DNA of 60,887 nt, filler included. It is 2 parts of 2 records of this genome, joined end to end, with 100 filler letters (N's around TTAATTAATTAA, not from the genome) between each part and the next. Parts side by side here need not be neighbours in the genome. Positions count along the whole stretch, not along the records: positions 31,379 to 60,887 come from SRR31156797_4017; 1 more part is not named here. One strand, given 5' to 3'. This document shows, one piece after another, positions 37,678 to 48,225 of the stretch. The notes under the pieces were generated by a model, which saw only the letters and a list, made by a program, of their open reading frames with translations, made no database searches and was not told where the DNA came from. Positions within the stretch are counted from its first letter, which is position 1, and each line of letters starts with the position of its first letter. A program made the position numbers and the translations under genes.

Positions 37678-38550
37678 ATGATAAATTTCCTCTCATACAT
37701 CGTATACGGCTTCTTGAAAGTTCTAAGCTTTCTGCCACTTAGAATTCTTTATATAGTTTCTGATTTCGTTTATTTTATAGTTTACAAAATTGTTGGATAT
37801 CGAAAAGCTGTTGTGACTAACAATATGAAAAATGCTTTTCCTGACAAATCAGAAGAGGAGATTATTCTATTGCGAAAAGAATTTTATCATCATTTTTGTG
37901 ATTTATTCCTTGAAACTATAAAGCTTTGGTCTATGAGCGAAGAGGAGATTAAAAAAAGATGTAAATTCTTAAATTTGGAAATTTCTGACAAATATGCACA
38001 GGAAAATAGAAGTGTAATTGCCATATTAGGACATTATTGCAATTGGGAATGGATGACCTGTTTTCCAATTTGGGGATATGAAAATGTACTACCAATATAC
38101 AAACCTCTTCACAATCGAACTTTTGATAAAATGTACATCAAAATTCGAGAAAGATTTGGAGCTAAAACTCTGGCAAAGAACGATACATTAAGAACAATGT
38201 TATCGTACCGAAGAGAGAATAAAGCAACTTTTACTGTATTTATTGGAGATCAAACACCTAATAAAAGGAGCATTAACTATTGGACCCAATTCTTAAATCA
38301 GGAAACTCCAATCTTACAAGGAACAGAACGCATTGCTAAAAAACTTGATCAAGCTGTTGTATTTATAAACATGCAAAAAGTTAAGCGTGGTTATTACGAA
38401 GTAGAGTTTATTCCTTTATTCGATAATCCTAAAGAAACTGCTGAAAATGAAATTACCGAAAAACACACTCGTGTTTTAGAGGAAATAATTAACGAAAATC
38501 CTGCCTACTGGCTTTGGTCCCATAAACGCTGGAAGCATAAAAAGCAATAA
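37678..38550 (+). CDS. Lipid A late acyltransferase (LpxL/HtrB family)
   Basis: 'GHYCNWE', 'YKPL', 'GDQTP', 'YWLWSHKRWK'; ATG 37678 preferred over TTG 37645. Confidence 0.9.
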   Translation: MINFLSYIVYGFLKVLSFLPLRILYIVSDFVYFIVYKIVGYRKAVVTNNMKNAFPDKSEEEIILLRKEFYHHFCDLFLETIKLWSMSEEEIKKRCKFLNLEISDKYAQENRSVIAILGHYCNWEWMTCFPIWGYENVLPIYKPLHNRTFDKMYIKIRERFGAKTLAKNDTLRTMLSYRRENKATFTVFIGDQTPNKRSINYWTQFLNQETPILQGTERIAKKLDQAVVFINMQKVKRGYYEVEFIPLFDNPKETAENEITEKHTRVLEEIINENPAYWLWSHKRWKHKKQ

Positions 38551-38592
38551 TTTAACTTCCCTACATTCGAACCTTTTACTTTAAAATAAGCT

Positions 38593-39621
38593 ATGAATCG
38601 CATCGCAATTGTAATATTAAACTGGAACGGCAAGGAATTATTAGAAAAATTTCTTCCTTCGGTAGCAACTCACTCCAATAGAGAATGGGCTGATGTTATT
38701 ATTGCTGACAATGCCTCGACTGATGATTCAAAATCATTTCTAAAAGAGAACTATCCCGATTTACAATTGATTCAATTGGATCAAAACTATGGCTTTGCCG
38801 AAGGATACAATCGAGCTTTGGCCCAATTGCCTCACTCCTATTTTGTGCTTTTAAATTCCGATGTTGAGGTAACTGAAAATTGGTTAGATTCCATTTATAC
38901 CCAATTTGAAAAGTATAAAGATATTGCAGCTGCAATGCCTAAAATTAAAGCCTATCACAAAAAAACAGATTTTGAATATGCTGGAGCTGCAGGTGGATTT
39001 ATTGACTATTTGGGTTATCCTTTTTGCCGAGGACGTATTCTGGATTCAATAGAAAAAGATACGGGGCAATACGATAAAAGCATTGATATTTTTTGGGCAA
39101 GTGGTGCTGCCATGTTCGTTCGAGCTGAAGTTTATAAGCAAGCAGGTGGTTTAGATTCTGATTTCTTTGCACATATGGAAGAAATTGATCTTTGCTGGAG
39201 AATAAAGAATCTTGGTTATCGAATTATCTGCGATACAAATTCTACAGTTTTTCATGTAGGAGGAGCAACTTTACCGAACCATAGTTCACGCAAGCTATTC
39301 CTTAATTTTCGCAACAACTTGCTAATGCTATATAAGAATTTACCATCGCATAAACTCTTATTCACCTTTTTGGCAAGAATGATACTGGATGGTGTTGCTG
39401 CCTTTAAATTTTTACTGAGCGGGGAGGTTTCCAATTTTACCGCAGTATTTAAGGCACATATGTCCTTTTATTCTCTGCTAAAAAAATACAATCTGAAAAG
39501 AAAGCAATCCTTGCGTTTGGTAAGCAAAGAACATCATCCTGAAATCTATCAGAATAGCCTCATTATAGATTATTATTTAAAAAGTAAGAAAGTATTTTCT
39601 GATTTAAATTTTAAGCATTAA
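38593..39621 (+). CDS. GT2 family glycosyltransferase
   Basis: 'IVILNWNG', 'DNASTD', 'LLNSD', 'WASGA', 'HMEEIDLCWR'. Confidence 0.92.
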   Translation: MNRIAIVILNWNGKELLEKFLPSVATHSNREWADVIIADNASTDDSKSFLKENYPDLQLIQLDQNYGFAEGYNRALAQLPHSYFVLLNSDVEVTENWLDSIYTQFEKYKDIAAAMPKIKAYHKKTDFEYAGAAGGFIDYLGYPFCRGRILDSIEKDTGQYDKSIDIFWASGAAMFVRAEVYKQAGGLDSDFFAHMEEIDLCWRIKNLGYRIICDTNSTVFHVGGATLPNHSSRKLFLNFRNNLLMLYKNLPSHKLLFTFLARMILDGVAAFKFLLSGEVSNFTAVFKAHMSFYSLLKKYNLKRKQSLRLVSKEHHPEIYQNSLIIDYYLKSKKVFSDLNFKH

Positions 39622-39631
39622 CAATGCTAAC

Positions 39632-39958
39632 TTATGCATGTGATGTAAATTTTAAACCTACAATAGCAATTAGTAATAGTAGCATAAAGAAAATCCGAGA
39701 AAAGTGAACTGGTTCTCCAAATAAAACAATTCCTAAAATCGCGGTTGATAAGGCTCCAATTCCAGTCCAAACGGCATAAGCAGTTCCAACAGGCAAATTT
39801 TTAACAGCCAAAGCCAAGAAATAAACGCTTATTCCCATTGCAACAATAGTAATCACACTAGGCCACAATTTTGTAAAGCCTTGTGCATATTTTAAGCCTA
39901 TTGCCCATACCGCTTCAAAAAGTCCTGCCACAATTAAATAAACCCATGCTATCCCCAT
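39632..39958 (-). CDS. sugE: SMR family exporter SugE/Gdx
   Basis: Four TMs; 'AGLFEAVWAIGLK', 'LPVGTAYAVWTGIG'. Confidence 0.88.
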   Translation of the reverse strand: MGIAWVYLIVAGLFEAVWAIGLKYAQGFTKLWPSVITIVAMGISVYFLALAVKNLPVGTAYAVWTGIGALSTAILGIVLFGEPVHFSRIFFMLLLLIAIVGLKFTSHA

Positions 39959-39960
39959 AT

Positions 39961-41250
39961 CTACAATCCCTCTATAACTTTTTCCAATTGAATTCCTCTC
40001 GATCCTTTTATCAGGATATAATAATTTTTCACTTTCTCTTGTTTCAATTCAGTACCTAGCTCATCGACTAGTTTGAAAGTTTTACAATTACTCCTGGTAT
40101 TCACTTTGGAAAAAATATTTCCTACCAAATAAACCTTTTTCAAACCTTTTTCATCTAACAAATCAATAAGTGCCAAATGCTCTTTTTCCGAATCATCACC
40201 CAACTCCAGCATGTCACCTAAAATAACGAGCTTATTTTTCACCTTTAAATTGGCAAAATTTGTAATGGCAACATTCATACTACTTGGGTTAGCATTATAA
40301 GCATCCAAAAACAAAACATTCCTGTCTGTTTTCTTTAGTTGAGACCTATTATTACTTGGCTCGTAAGCTTCCAATGCCTCTTTTATAACAATCTCTTCGA
40401 TATTAAAGTATCGCCCAATTGTAACTGCTGCTAATGCATTTTCATAATTATATCCACCAATTAATTTGGTTTTGATATACAACTTACCAATTTTAGCAGA
40501 TCTTAATTCTAGAATTAGGTACGGTTCAGCCTGTAAAAATCTTGCTTTACTATTTGCATCCTCCGAATTTCCATAGGAGTAGATTTCCTGATCATTCAAC
40601 ATTCCTAATAAATGCTGATTATCTCTGTTGACAAAAACTTTTCCTTTGCCTTGTAAATAATCGTAAAGTTCTTTCTTTGTTTTCTTTACTCCCTCAAATG
40701 AACCAAACCCTTCCAAGTGAGCCTTTCCAACATTGGTAATCAAACCAAAGTTTGGTTCACAAATTTCACACAAAAACTTAATTTCTTCCGGATGATTTGC
40801 ACCCATTTCAACTATACCAAACTCTGTTGCATTGGTCATTGCCAACAATGTTAACGGCACTCCAATGTGATTGTTTAAATTTCCTTGTGTAGCATAAGTA
40901 TTGAACTTTCTTTTCAAAACTTCGTTTACCAATTCCTTAGTAGTTGTTTTTCCATTGGTTCCTGTTATTGCGAGTATAGGTATATTTAATGAACGCCTAT
41001 GTTCCCTTGCCAAATCCTGCAGACATGTTAAAACATCGTCAACCAAAACACAAGCCTCACTACTAACATATTCTTTTTCATCTACAATAGCATATTTACA
41101 TCCTTTTTGGATGGCTGCTTCTGCGAATTTATTACCATTAAAATTTGCTCCTTTTAAAGCAAAAAATATTGAATTTGGAACTATTTTTCTAGTATCGGTT
41201 ACAACTACCTGATATTTTTCGAAAAGACTATAGATATATGATTTGGACAT
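39961..41250 (-). CDS. murF: UDP-N-acetylmuramoyl-tripeptide--D-Ala-D-Ala ligase
   Basis: 'TDTR', 'ITGTNGKTTTKE', 'GNLNNHIGVPLT', 'EMGANH', 'DAYNANPSSM', 'LGDMLELG', 'KGSRG'. Confidence 0.96.
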   Translation of the reverse strand: MSKSYIYSLFEKYQVVVTDTRKIVPNSIFFALKGANFNGNKFAEAAIQKGCKYAIVDEKEYVSSEACVLVDDVLTCLQDLAREHRRSLNIPILAITGTNGKTTTKELVNEVLKRKFNTYATQGNLNNHIGVPLTLLAMTNATEFGIVEMGANHPEEIKFLCEICEPNFGLITNVGKAHLEGFGSFEGVKKTKKELYDYLQGKGKVFVNRDNQHLLGMLNDQEIYSYGNSEDANSKARFLQAEPYLILELRSAKIGKLYIKTKLIGGYNYENALAAVTIGRYFNIEEIVIKEALEAYEPSNNRSQLKKTDRNVLFLDAYNANPSSMNVAITNFANLKVKNKLVILGDMLELGDDSEKEHLALIDLLDEKGLKKVYLVGNIFSKVNTRSNCKTFKLVDELGTELKQEKVKNYYILIKGSRGIQLEKVIEGL

Positions 41251-41299
41251 ATGGATGTATTCAATAAAGTTTCAACGAACGAAATTAATAAAATCAAAT

Positions 41300-41329
41300 A
41301 AAAAACCCCATTCTTAAAAGAATGGGGTT
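41300..41329 (-). terminator. Intrinsic terminator after gldJ
   Basis: AACCCCATTCTT/AAGAATGGGGTT stem with upstream A-run. Confidence 0.8.
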
Positions 41330-41355
41330 GAATTATTTTGAATAACTACTTCAAA

Positions 41356-42870
41356 TTATTTCTGCGTTGGTCTACCAACTCGAGTCATGGCACAACGGAA
41401 GCCGATATCATCACGAGCTTCTTTTTGATCCATGAATCTACGAGCACTTGGTGCCATCCAGTAAGCTCTATCTTTCCAAGAACCACCCTTATAAACTCTT
41501 GAATTGTCAGTTACCATAGAACTAAAGTCACTTCCATCCTGACCTCTACCCTGAACATACATACGGCTTGAGCCTTTTGTCTGGTGTTCTGGATTGTTCC
41601 ACTCATAATCAGGAACAATACTTGACGAAACATCACCATCTCTATAGTTTCTGTTATCAGCTGTTTTATAATTCTCTCTACCAACTAATTCTTCATCGGT
41701 TTGGGTTCTATATCGCAAGCGTCCTAAACTATCTTTTTCAGCAATATTACCTTCTTCATCACGAACAGGTGTTTTAAATACATTACCTCTGTATGGATTA
41801 AACTCTGCAATATCTTCAGGTGACATTGGACGATAAACATCAGCAACCCATTCGCTCACATTACCAGCCATACAATACAGACCAAAATCGTTAGGCCAAA
41901 ATGAATTTACCGGTACTGTAACATCTCCGCCATCATTAAGCGCTCCAGCTGTTCCCATGTAATCACCACGACCACGAGCAAAGTTAGCCATCATTTTACC
42001 ACGAACTTTCTTATTCTCGTTTCTAACCCAGTGACCATTCCATGGAAAAATCTTTTTATCAGTAATTCTTTCCTCTTCAGAATTTCCAATTAATGCAGTT
42101 GCTGCATATTCCCACTCAGCTTCGGATGGAAGTCGATATTTAGGAAGAAGAATTCCATCCGTCCAACGAACTGATCTTTCTTCATTATCAGGATCCAAAT
42201 CAGGTAGATTTTTATTTACGGCACCTTCGTATTGTCCTGCTAAATATGCTTGAGTATTAAAATTATTTTCATCTCTTTGAGCTGGGTCATCATTAAGAAT
42301 TCCTTTATCGATAAGAATTCTTTCATTTACACGATCAGTACGCCATTCGCAAAAATCAACGGCTTGTTCCCACGAAACTCCAACTACAGGATATTCAGCG
42401 TAAGCTGGATGACGCAAATAGTTATTTACATACGGTTCGTTGTACGCTAATTCGTTACGCCAAACCAATGTATCAGGCAAAGCCTTTTTATAAACTTCAG
42501 GATATGAAACATATACTCGTTGAATCCAGTGTAAGTATTCCAAATAATCAACATTACGTACTTCAGTTTCGTCAATATAAAAAGAAGGTACTGTAACTCT
42601 TCGTGGAACATTATTCCAATCGTACATTACATCTTGCTGAGTTCTACCCATAGTAAATGTACCACCTTGTATAAATTTTAAGCCAGGACCAGTTTTCTGC
42701 TCATAACCGCTATGATATTCAAAGCCTCCGTTATCAGGATCGTTGTATGCCCAACCTGTGGTTTTAGATTTTTCTCCCTTACCTACAAGATTTTTAACCT
42801 TCGAACACGATGGGAAGATCATTAAACTTGTAGCAAAAACAGCAATAACTATGCTAGATTTTAGTTTCAT
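41356..42870 (-). CDS. gldJ: Gliding motility lipoprotein GldJ (FGE-sulfatase fold)
   Basis: Lipobox FPSC; 'YLRHPAYAEYPVVGVSW', 'WRTDRVNE', 'RLPSEAEWEYAA', 'MAGNVSEWV', 'GFRCAM'; murF-gldJ/porU-porV synteny. Confidence 0.88.
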   Translation of the reverse strand: MKLKSSIVIAVFATSLMIFPSCSKVKNLVGKGEKSKTTGWAYNDPDNGGFEYHSGYEQKTGPGLKFIQGGTFTMGRTQQDVMYDWNNVPRRVTVPSFYIDETEVRNVDYLEYLHWIQRVYVSYPEVYKKALPDTLVWRNELAYNEPYVNNYLRHPAYAEYPVVGVSWEQAVDFCEWRTDRVNERILIDKGILNDDPAQRDENNFNTQAYLAGQYEGAVNKNLPDLDPDNEERSVRWTDGILLPKYRLPSEAEWEYAATALIGNSEEERITDKKIFPWNGHWVRNENKKVRGKMMANFARGRGDYMGTAGALNDGGDVTVPVNSFWPNDFGLYCMAGNVSEWVADVYRPMSPEDIAEFNPYRGNVFKTPVRDEEGNIAEKDSLGRLRYRTQTDEELVGRENYKTADNRNYRDGDVSSSIVPDYEWNNPEHQTKGSSRMYVQGRGQDGSDFSSMVTDNSRVYKGGSWKDRAYWMAPSARRFMDQKEARDDIGFRCAMTRVGRPTQK

Positions 42871-42912
42871 AATAGATTGAATGTAGTTTATCTTCAAAAA
42901 TACTTAACTCAA

Positions 42913-42920
42913 CAAATATA
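42913..42920 (-). promoter_or_regulatory. Bacteroidota -7 element for gldJ
   Basis: TATATTTG on minus strand. Confidence 0.6.
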
Positions 42921-43210
42921 ACTAAAAGTGTATGAAATTTATTGTATCTATTTTTAGTTTTTACACTAAATATTTAACATTTTTCTTTACACATCATTTT
43001 CTTTATTTAACTTCTCACTCTAATCAAATCAATACAAACACTTCATCACAACCCTAACCATTTGATTCAAAACACATTTAACTAAATCTTATTCGATTAA
43101 TATTCATTTTGAATCATTTTTATATCATAAACAGATTAATAGCCTTTGTATAAAGTTTTGTTTATTTTGCATTAATTCTGTCATCAAATTCTCTAAAGGT
43201 AAAACTCAGT

Positions 43211-46200
43211 ATGCGTTACAAAATCCTTATTGTTACTTTATTGTTTTGTCTCAACTCTTTTGGACAAACAAGCAAAGAATTCAAATTATCCTGGCAAGAA
43301 GCGTATATTTTCTCTCCCAAAGGAGAAAAAATCACTTCGTTACGCTTTCAAGGAGCTTCAATTGACGAGACAAACAATTGGTTGCCTATGTTTTCTCATC
43401 TTCAAAGAACTGGTTCAATTGGAGATATATTCTCTGTTGAGTTATTGGATACGCAATTCGATCCGTTAAGTTCCGAAGAAGCACAAATTTTACGAAATAA
43501 ATCTTTTCCGAATATTATAACACCTAAAATTCAATCTGTTATTATTCGAAAAAACACATACCAACAAGTTCAATTTATACCATTTCGAAAAAATCCGGTA
43601 AACGGAAAAATTGAAAAACTAGTTGCTTTTAAAATAAAGTTTAACAAAGAAACACAAAGTAAATCCAGCCCAAAAGCTAAAACTTATTCTATGAACTCGG
43701 TGTTATCCTCTGGAAATTGGATTAAGGTTTCTGTTGATACTAATGCAGTTCATAAAATCACCTATGATCAATTAATAAATATGGGTATAAGCAATCCTTC
43801 ACAAGTACGAGTTTATGGATATGGAGGAATGCTTTCTAAAATTAACTCGGAAGAAACAATTGATGATCTTCCCCTGATACCAATTTATATAAATACAGGT
43901 AATGATGGAGTTTTTAATTCTGGTGATTTTATTCTGTTTTATGCTTCTGGTCCAAGATCATGGTCCTTTGATAATAGTAAATCTGAATTTATTCATAAAA
44001 ATCACTTATACTCAAATAAATCATTCTATTTTTTAACTTCGGACAAAGGCAATCCATCAATCATACCCATTAACAATTCCGAAAGTACATTTAATACTAC
44101 TGTCAATTCTTTTGATGACTACCGAGTTATTGATGTAAATAAAACCAACCTTTTAGAATCAGGTAGATTGTGGTTGGGAACCGAATTTGATGTCTCAACA
44201 GAACATCATTTCGATTATTCATTTCCTAATTTAAAAGCCAATTCTCCAATAAAAATAGGAGTTAACTTGGCAGCTAGATCATCATCATCAACAAAATTTG
44301 AATTAATTTCCGGATCTCAAAACATTGGAGAAGTCCATCTTTCTGCCGTCAATACTGGTAGCTATACCGCAAATTATGCATCACTTAAAGAAGAGGTTTT
44401 TACCGAATTTATTCCCAACTCGGATATCTTTAGGATCTCTATTAATTATCAAAAAAGTTCGGCTTCATCAATTGGCTGGTTAGATTTTTTAAGGGTAAAT
44501 GCACGAAGAGAATTAATTTTTTCTGATTCTCAAATGTCTTTTCGAGATAAAGAATCTGTAGGTACAGGACTTATTTCTAAATTTCAAATTCAAAATTGCA
44601 AGGCATCAACTTTGGTTTGGGATATTACAGATCATAGCAATATCAAACAAATACAATTATCAATAGCTGGTACTGTAGGAGAATTTAACACCAGTACAAC
44701 CAATCTAAAAGAATTTGTTGTTCTGAATCCAGATGGTGAATTTCCAACCCCTGAAATTGTAGGAAGTATTCAAAATCAGAACCTGCATTCTCTGGATCAA
44801 TTGGATATGCTAATTGTTAGCAATTCAAAATTTATGAGTTATGCCGAGCAAATAGCCAACTTTCATAAAAACAACGATAACTTAAAAGTGAGGGTAATTG
44901 ATCAGGAAAGTATTTTTAATGAATTTTCATCCGGTACTCCTGATGTTTCGGCGATTAGAAATTTTGTAAAAATGTTTTACGATAGATCAACTAATGAATC
45001 GGATATGATTAAATATCTACTTCTATTTGGTGATGGTTCTTTCGATAACAAATTGTCAAGTGAAAGCAACACTAATAAAATTTTAACCTACCAATCGGAA
45101 AATTCTCTCAGTCCAACACAATCTTTTGTTACCGATGATTTTTTTGGACTATTGGATGACAACGAAGGAGAAGCAAGCGGTTTAGTTGACATAGGAATTG
45201 GTCGATTACCTGTTAACACCACTGAAGAAGCACAAATTGTTACTTCAAAAATCACAAATTACAATAACAACACTAAAGGAGATTGGCAAACTGCCATTTG
45301 TATTATTGGTGATGATGAAGACAACAATACTCATATGAGAGATGCCAATTATTTGGCTGTACAGGTGGAAAACAATTATCCACAATATAAAGTTCAACGT
45401 ATTTTTTTAGATGATTACGAACAAATAACCAGTTCAGCTGGACAAGAATATCCTGATGTTAATATTGAAATCAACGAAAGCATTAACAGGGGAAGTTTAA
45501 TTGTAAACTATACAGGACATGGTAATGAAAATGGCTTAGCTCATGAACACATTCTTATGACTGATGATATACTTTCATGGCAAAATTCGGATCGATTGCC
45601 TCTTTTTATGACCGCGACATGCGAATTTAGCAGGTTCGATAATTATAAAAAATTATCAGCTGGTGAGATCGTTTTCTTAAGGGATAACGGTGGTGGTATC
45701 GGACTTTTCACTACTACTCGCCTTGTCTTTTCATCTCCCAACTTCAGCTTGAATCAAAACTTTTACAATTTTGTATTTGAAAAAAATACTGAAGGTGAAT
45801 TTTATCGTTTAGGCGATATTATGCGAAATACAAAAAATGCTACTGCTTCGGGAATTAATAAGCGAAATTTCACCTTGCTCGGTGATCCTGCTTTAAAATT
45901 AAATTATCCTCAACACAATGCAATTACATCTATGATCAACGATGTTGATATTTCACAAGCAGTTGATACTCTTAAAGCTTTGAGTGAAATTAAAATATCT
46001 GGTAAAATTATTACAAATACAGGTAGTAATTTAAATAGTTTTAATGGAACCCTCTATCCAACAGTTCTGGATAAAAAAGTTGATAAAATAACTAAGGGTA
46101 ACGATGGAAATCCTTTTGAGTATTCCGAACAATCTAATGTTTTATACAAAGGGAAAGCAAGTGTTAACAATGGCAATTTTGAATTTACATTCTTTGTTCC

Positions 46201-46987
46201 AAAGGATATAAACTATCAGTTTGGCAATGGAAAAATTTCATATTACGCTACCGATGACAATTCGGATGCTGCCGGGTTCAACAATACAATTGTTGTTGGT
46301 GGTACCAATCCTAATGCATCAAATGATAATTTAGGTCCTGATATCGAATTGTATATGAATGATGAGCAATTTACTCCAGGTGGAATAACAGATCTTAATC
46401 CACTCCTTCTTGCTGTTGTTAGAGATTCAAGTGGAATCAACACAACTGGTACTTCAATCGGACACGACATCATAGCAATTCTTGATCAAAACACAGATCA
46501 AGCAATTGATCTTAATGATTTTTACGAATCTGATTTAGACAGTTATAAAAAAGGGAAAATTACTTATCAACTAAGCGAATTGGAAACTGGAGAACACGAA
46601 ATTCAATTGAAAGTGTGGGATAATGTTAACAATTCATCTGAAAGTAGTTTAGAATTTGTTGTCGCTGAAAACGCTGATCTGGTAATCAAACACGTATTAA
46701 ATTATCCTAACCCATTTACAACAAATACAGGCTTTTATTTTGAACACAACAAAATTTCAAGCGAACTGGATGTATTAATCCAAATTTTAACCGTTTCGGG
46801 TAAATTAATTAAAACTATCGAAACCAATTTTAACGCTACGAGCAAGCGTGTAGGACCAATACAATGGGATGGAAAAGATGATTTTGGAAATTCTATTGGT
46901 CGTGGAGTATACTTCTATCGTGTAAAAGTTAGAGCCGATAATGGAAAAACAGTAAATAAATTTCAAAAATTAGTGATCCTCAAATAA
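43211..46987 (+). CDS. porU: T9SS sortase PorU (peptidase C25)
   Basis: 'YLLLFGDGSFD', catalytic His 'VNYTGHG' and Cys 'TATCEF', 'LLGDPAL', T9SS CTD 'NYPNPF...GVYFYRV...KLVILK'. Confidence 0.94.
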   Translation: MRYKILIVTLLFCLNSFGQTSKEFKLSWQEAYIFSPKGEKITSLRFQGASIDETNNWLPMFSHLQRTGSIGDIFSVELLDTQFDPLSSEEAQILRNKSFPNIITPKIQSVIIRKNTYQQVQFIPFRKNPVNGKIEKLVAFKIKFNKETQSKSSPKAKTYSMNSVLSSGNWIKVSVDTNAVHKITYDQLINMGISNPSQVRVYGYGGMLSKINSEETIDDLPLIPIYINTGNDGVFNSGDFILFYASGPRSWSFDNSKSEFIHKNHLYSNKSFYFLTSDKGNPSIIPINNSESTFNTTVNSFDDYRVIDVNKTNLLESGRLWLGTEFDVSTEHHFDYSFPNLKANSPIKIGVNLAARSSSSTKFELISGSQNIGEVHLSAVNTGSYTANYASLKEEVFTEFIPNSDIFRISINYQKSSASSIGWLDFLRVNARRELIFSDSQMSFRDKESVGTGLISKFQIQNCKASTLVWDITDHSNIKQIQLSIAGTVGEFNTSTTNLKEFVVLNPDGEFPTPEIVGSIQNQNLHSLDQLDMLIVSNSKFMSYAEQIANFHKNNDNLKVRVIDQESIFNEFSSGTPDVSAIRNFVKMFYDRSTNESDMIKYLLLFGDGSFDNKLSSESNTNKILTYQSENSLSPTQSFVTDDFFGLLDDNEGEASGLVDIGIGRLPVNTTEEAQIVTSKITNYNNNTKGDWQTAICIIGDDEDNNTHMRDANYLAVQVENNYPQYKVQRIFLDDYEQITSSAGQEYPDVNIEINESINRGSLIVNYTGHGNENGLAHEHILMTDDILSWQNSDRLPLFMTATCEFSRFDNYKKLSAGEIVFLRDNGGGIGLFTTTRLVFSSPNFSLNQNFYNFVFEKNTEGEFYRLGDIMRNTKNATASGINKRNFTLLGDPALKLNYPQHNAITSMINDVDISQAVDTLKALSEIKISGKIITNTGSNLNSFNGTLYPTVLDKKVDKITKGNDGNPFEYSEQSNVLYKGKASVNNGNFEFTFFVPKDINYQFGNGKISYYATDDNSDAAGFNNTIVVGGTNPNASNDNLGPDIELYMNDEQFTPGGITDLNPLLLAVVRDSSGINTTGTSIGHDIIAILDQNTDQAIDLNDFYESDLDSYKKGKITYQLSELETGEHEIQLKVWDNVNNSSESSLEFVVAENADLVIKHVLNYPNPFTTNTGFYFEHNKISSELDVLIQILTVSGKLIKTIETNFNATSKRVGPIQWDGKDDFGNSIGRGVYFYRVKVRADNGKTVNKFQKLVILK

Positions 46988-47016
46988 TAAAAAAGAGTAA
47001 TTGTAGTTATTTGAAT

Positions 47017-47024
47017 TATATTTG
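47017..47024 (+). promoter_or_regulatory. Bacteroidota -7 element upstream of porV
   Basis: TATATTTG; implies the true start is ATG 47047 rather than TTG 47011. Confidence 0.6.
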
Positions 47025-47046
47025 CAGACTATTATATAAATATGTT

Positions 47047-48225
47047 ATGAATTATAGACTAACTCTAATCACAAGCTTATTAGGCCTTTTGCTTTTTACT
47101 AACACTAGTAAAACCTCGGCCCAGACTTCTACTTCAGGAGCCAATTACATTTCAACTGCCGTATCTTTTTTAACCATTACTCCCGACTCTAGGGCTGGTG
47201 CAATGGGAGATGCTGGTGTAGCTACATCGCCGGACGTAAATTCCATGCATTGGAATCCGGCAAAATATGCAATGATCGATGGACAATATGGTGTTTCTGC
47301 CTCTTATACACCATGGCTACGCGATCTGGTTGACGATATGAGCATTGCTTACCTTACAGGTTATTATCGTTTAGATAAAAATCAAGTAATTGGTGCTTCA
47401 CTTCGTTATTTTTCATTAGGTGAAATTGCCTTTTTGGAAAGAGCAGAAGATATTCCTGTAGCTAAAAACCCTAATGAATGGGCATTTGACATTGCTTATT
47501 CTAGAAGGTTAACTGATCAATTATCAGGAGGTATTGCATTCAGATATATTCGATCCGATTTAACTCAATCGCAATATGTTGCTGGTTTAGAAACTCAGGC
47601 TGGTAATGCATTTGCTGCGGATATTTCTGTATACTATCAAAATGAATTTAGAAGAAATCGTAGAGATATGGTTTGGTCTTGGGGTATCAATATCTCGAAC
47701 ATCGGTTCAAAAATTAGCTATACCAACGATGATGAAAAAGAATTTATACCAACTAATTTAAAATTGGGTACTGCCTTAAAATTTGAATTGGATCGATACA
47801 ATAGCTTAACTATTGCCGCCGATATGAATAAATTATTGGTTCCAACTCCATCAGGTGGAAACTTAGATGAAGATGACAATAATGGCGGTGTAATTGTTGG
47901 AAGTGAATCTTCAGATAAATCTGTTGTTAGTGGTATATTTAGCTCTTTTAGCGATGCTCCTAACGGGATGAGTGAAGAATTTAAAGAAGTGGCATGGTCA
48001 CTTGGTTTGGAATATTGGTATCAAGAGCAGTTTGCTCTTCGTACAGGATACTATTACGAGCATGAAGATAAAGGTAATCGTAAATACTTTACTGCAGGTT
48101 TAGGAGTTAAACTAAACATGTTTGATTTGGATTTTTCTTACCTAATCCCAACAACTCAAAACAATCCTTTAAAAAATACTTTAAGATTTAGTTTAACTGC
48201 CAATCTTGATAAAATTATTAAGTAA
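47047..48225 (+). CDS. porV: T9SS outer-membrane shuttle PorV
   Basis: 'FLTITPDSRAGAMGDAGVATSPD', 'WNPAKY', 'SYTPWL', 'KGNRKYFT', 'NPLKNTLRFSL'. Confidence 0.95.
   Translation: MNYRLTLITSLLGLLLFTNTSKTSAQTSTSGANYISTAVSFLTITPDSRAGAMGDAGVATSPDVNSMHWNPAKYAMIDGQYGVSASYTPWLRDLVDDMSIAYLTGYYRLDKNQVIGASLRYFSLGEIAFLERAEDIPVAKNPNEWAFDIAYSRRLTDQLSGGIAFRYIRSDLTQSQYVAGLETQAGNAFAADISVYYQNEFRRNRRDMVWSWGINISNIGSKISYTNDDEKEFIPTNLKLGTALKFELDRYNSLTIAADMNKLLVPTPSGGNLDEDDNNGGVIVGSESSDKSVVSGIFSSFSDAPNGMSEEFKEVAWSLGLEYWYQEQFALRTGYYYEHEDKGNRKYFTAGLGVKLNMFDLDFSYLIPTTQNNPLKNTLRFSLTANLDKIIK

Noticed and set aside
41356-42870. Active formylglycine-generating enzyme
   Set aside because: Lipoprotein lacking the catalytic Cys pair; context indicates GldJ
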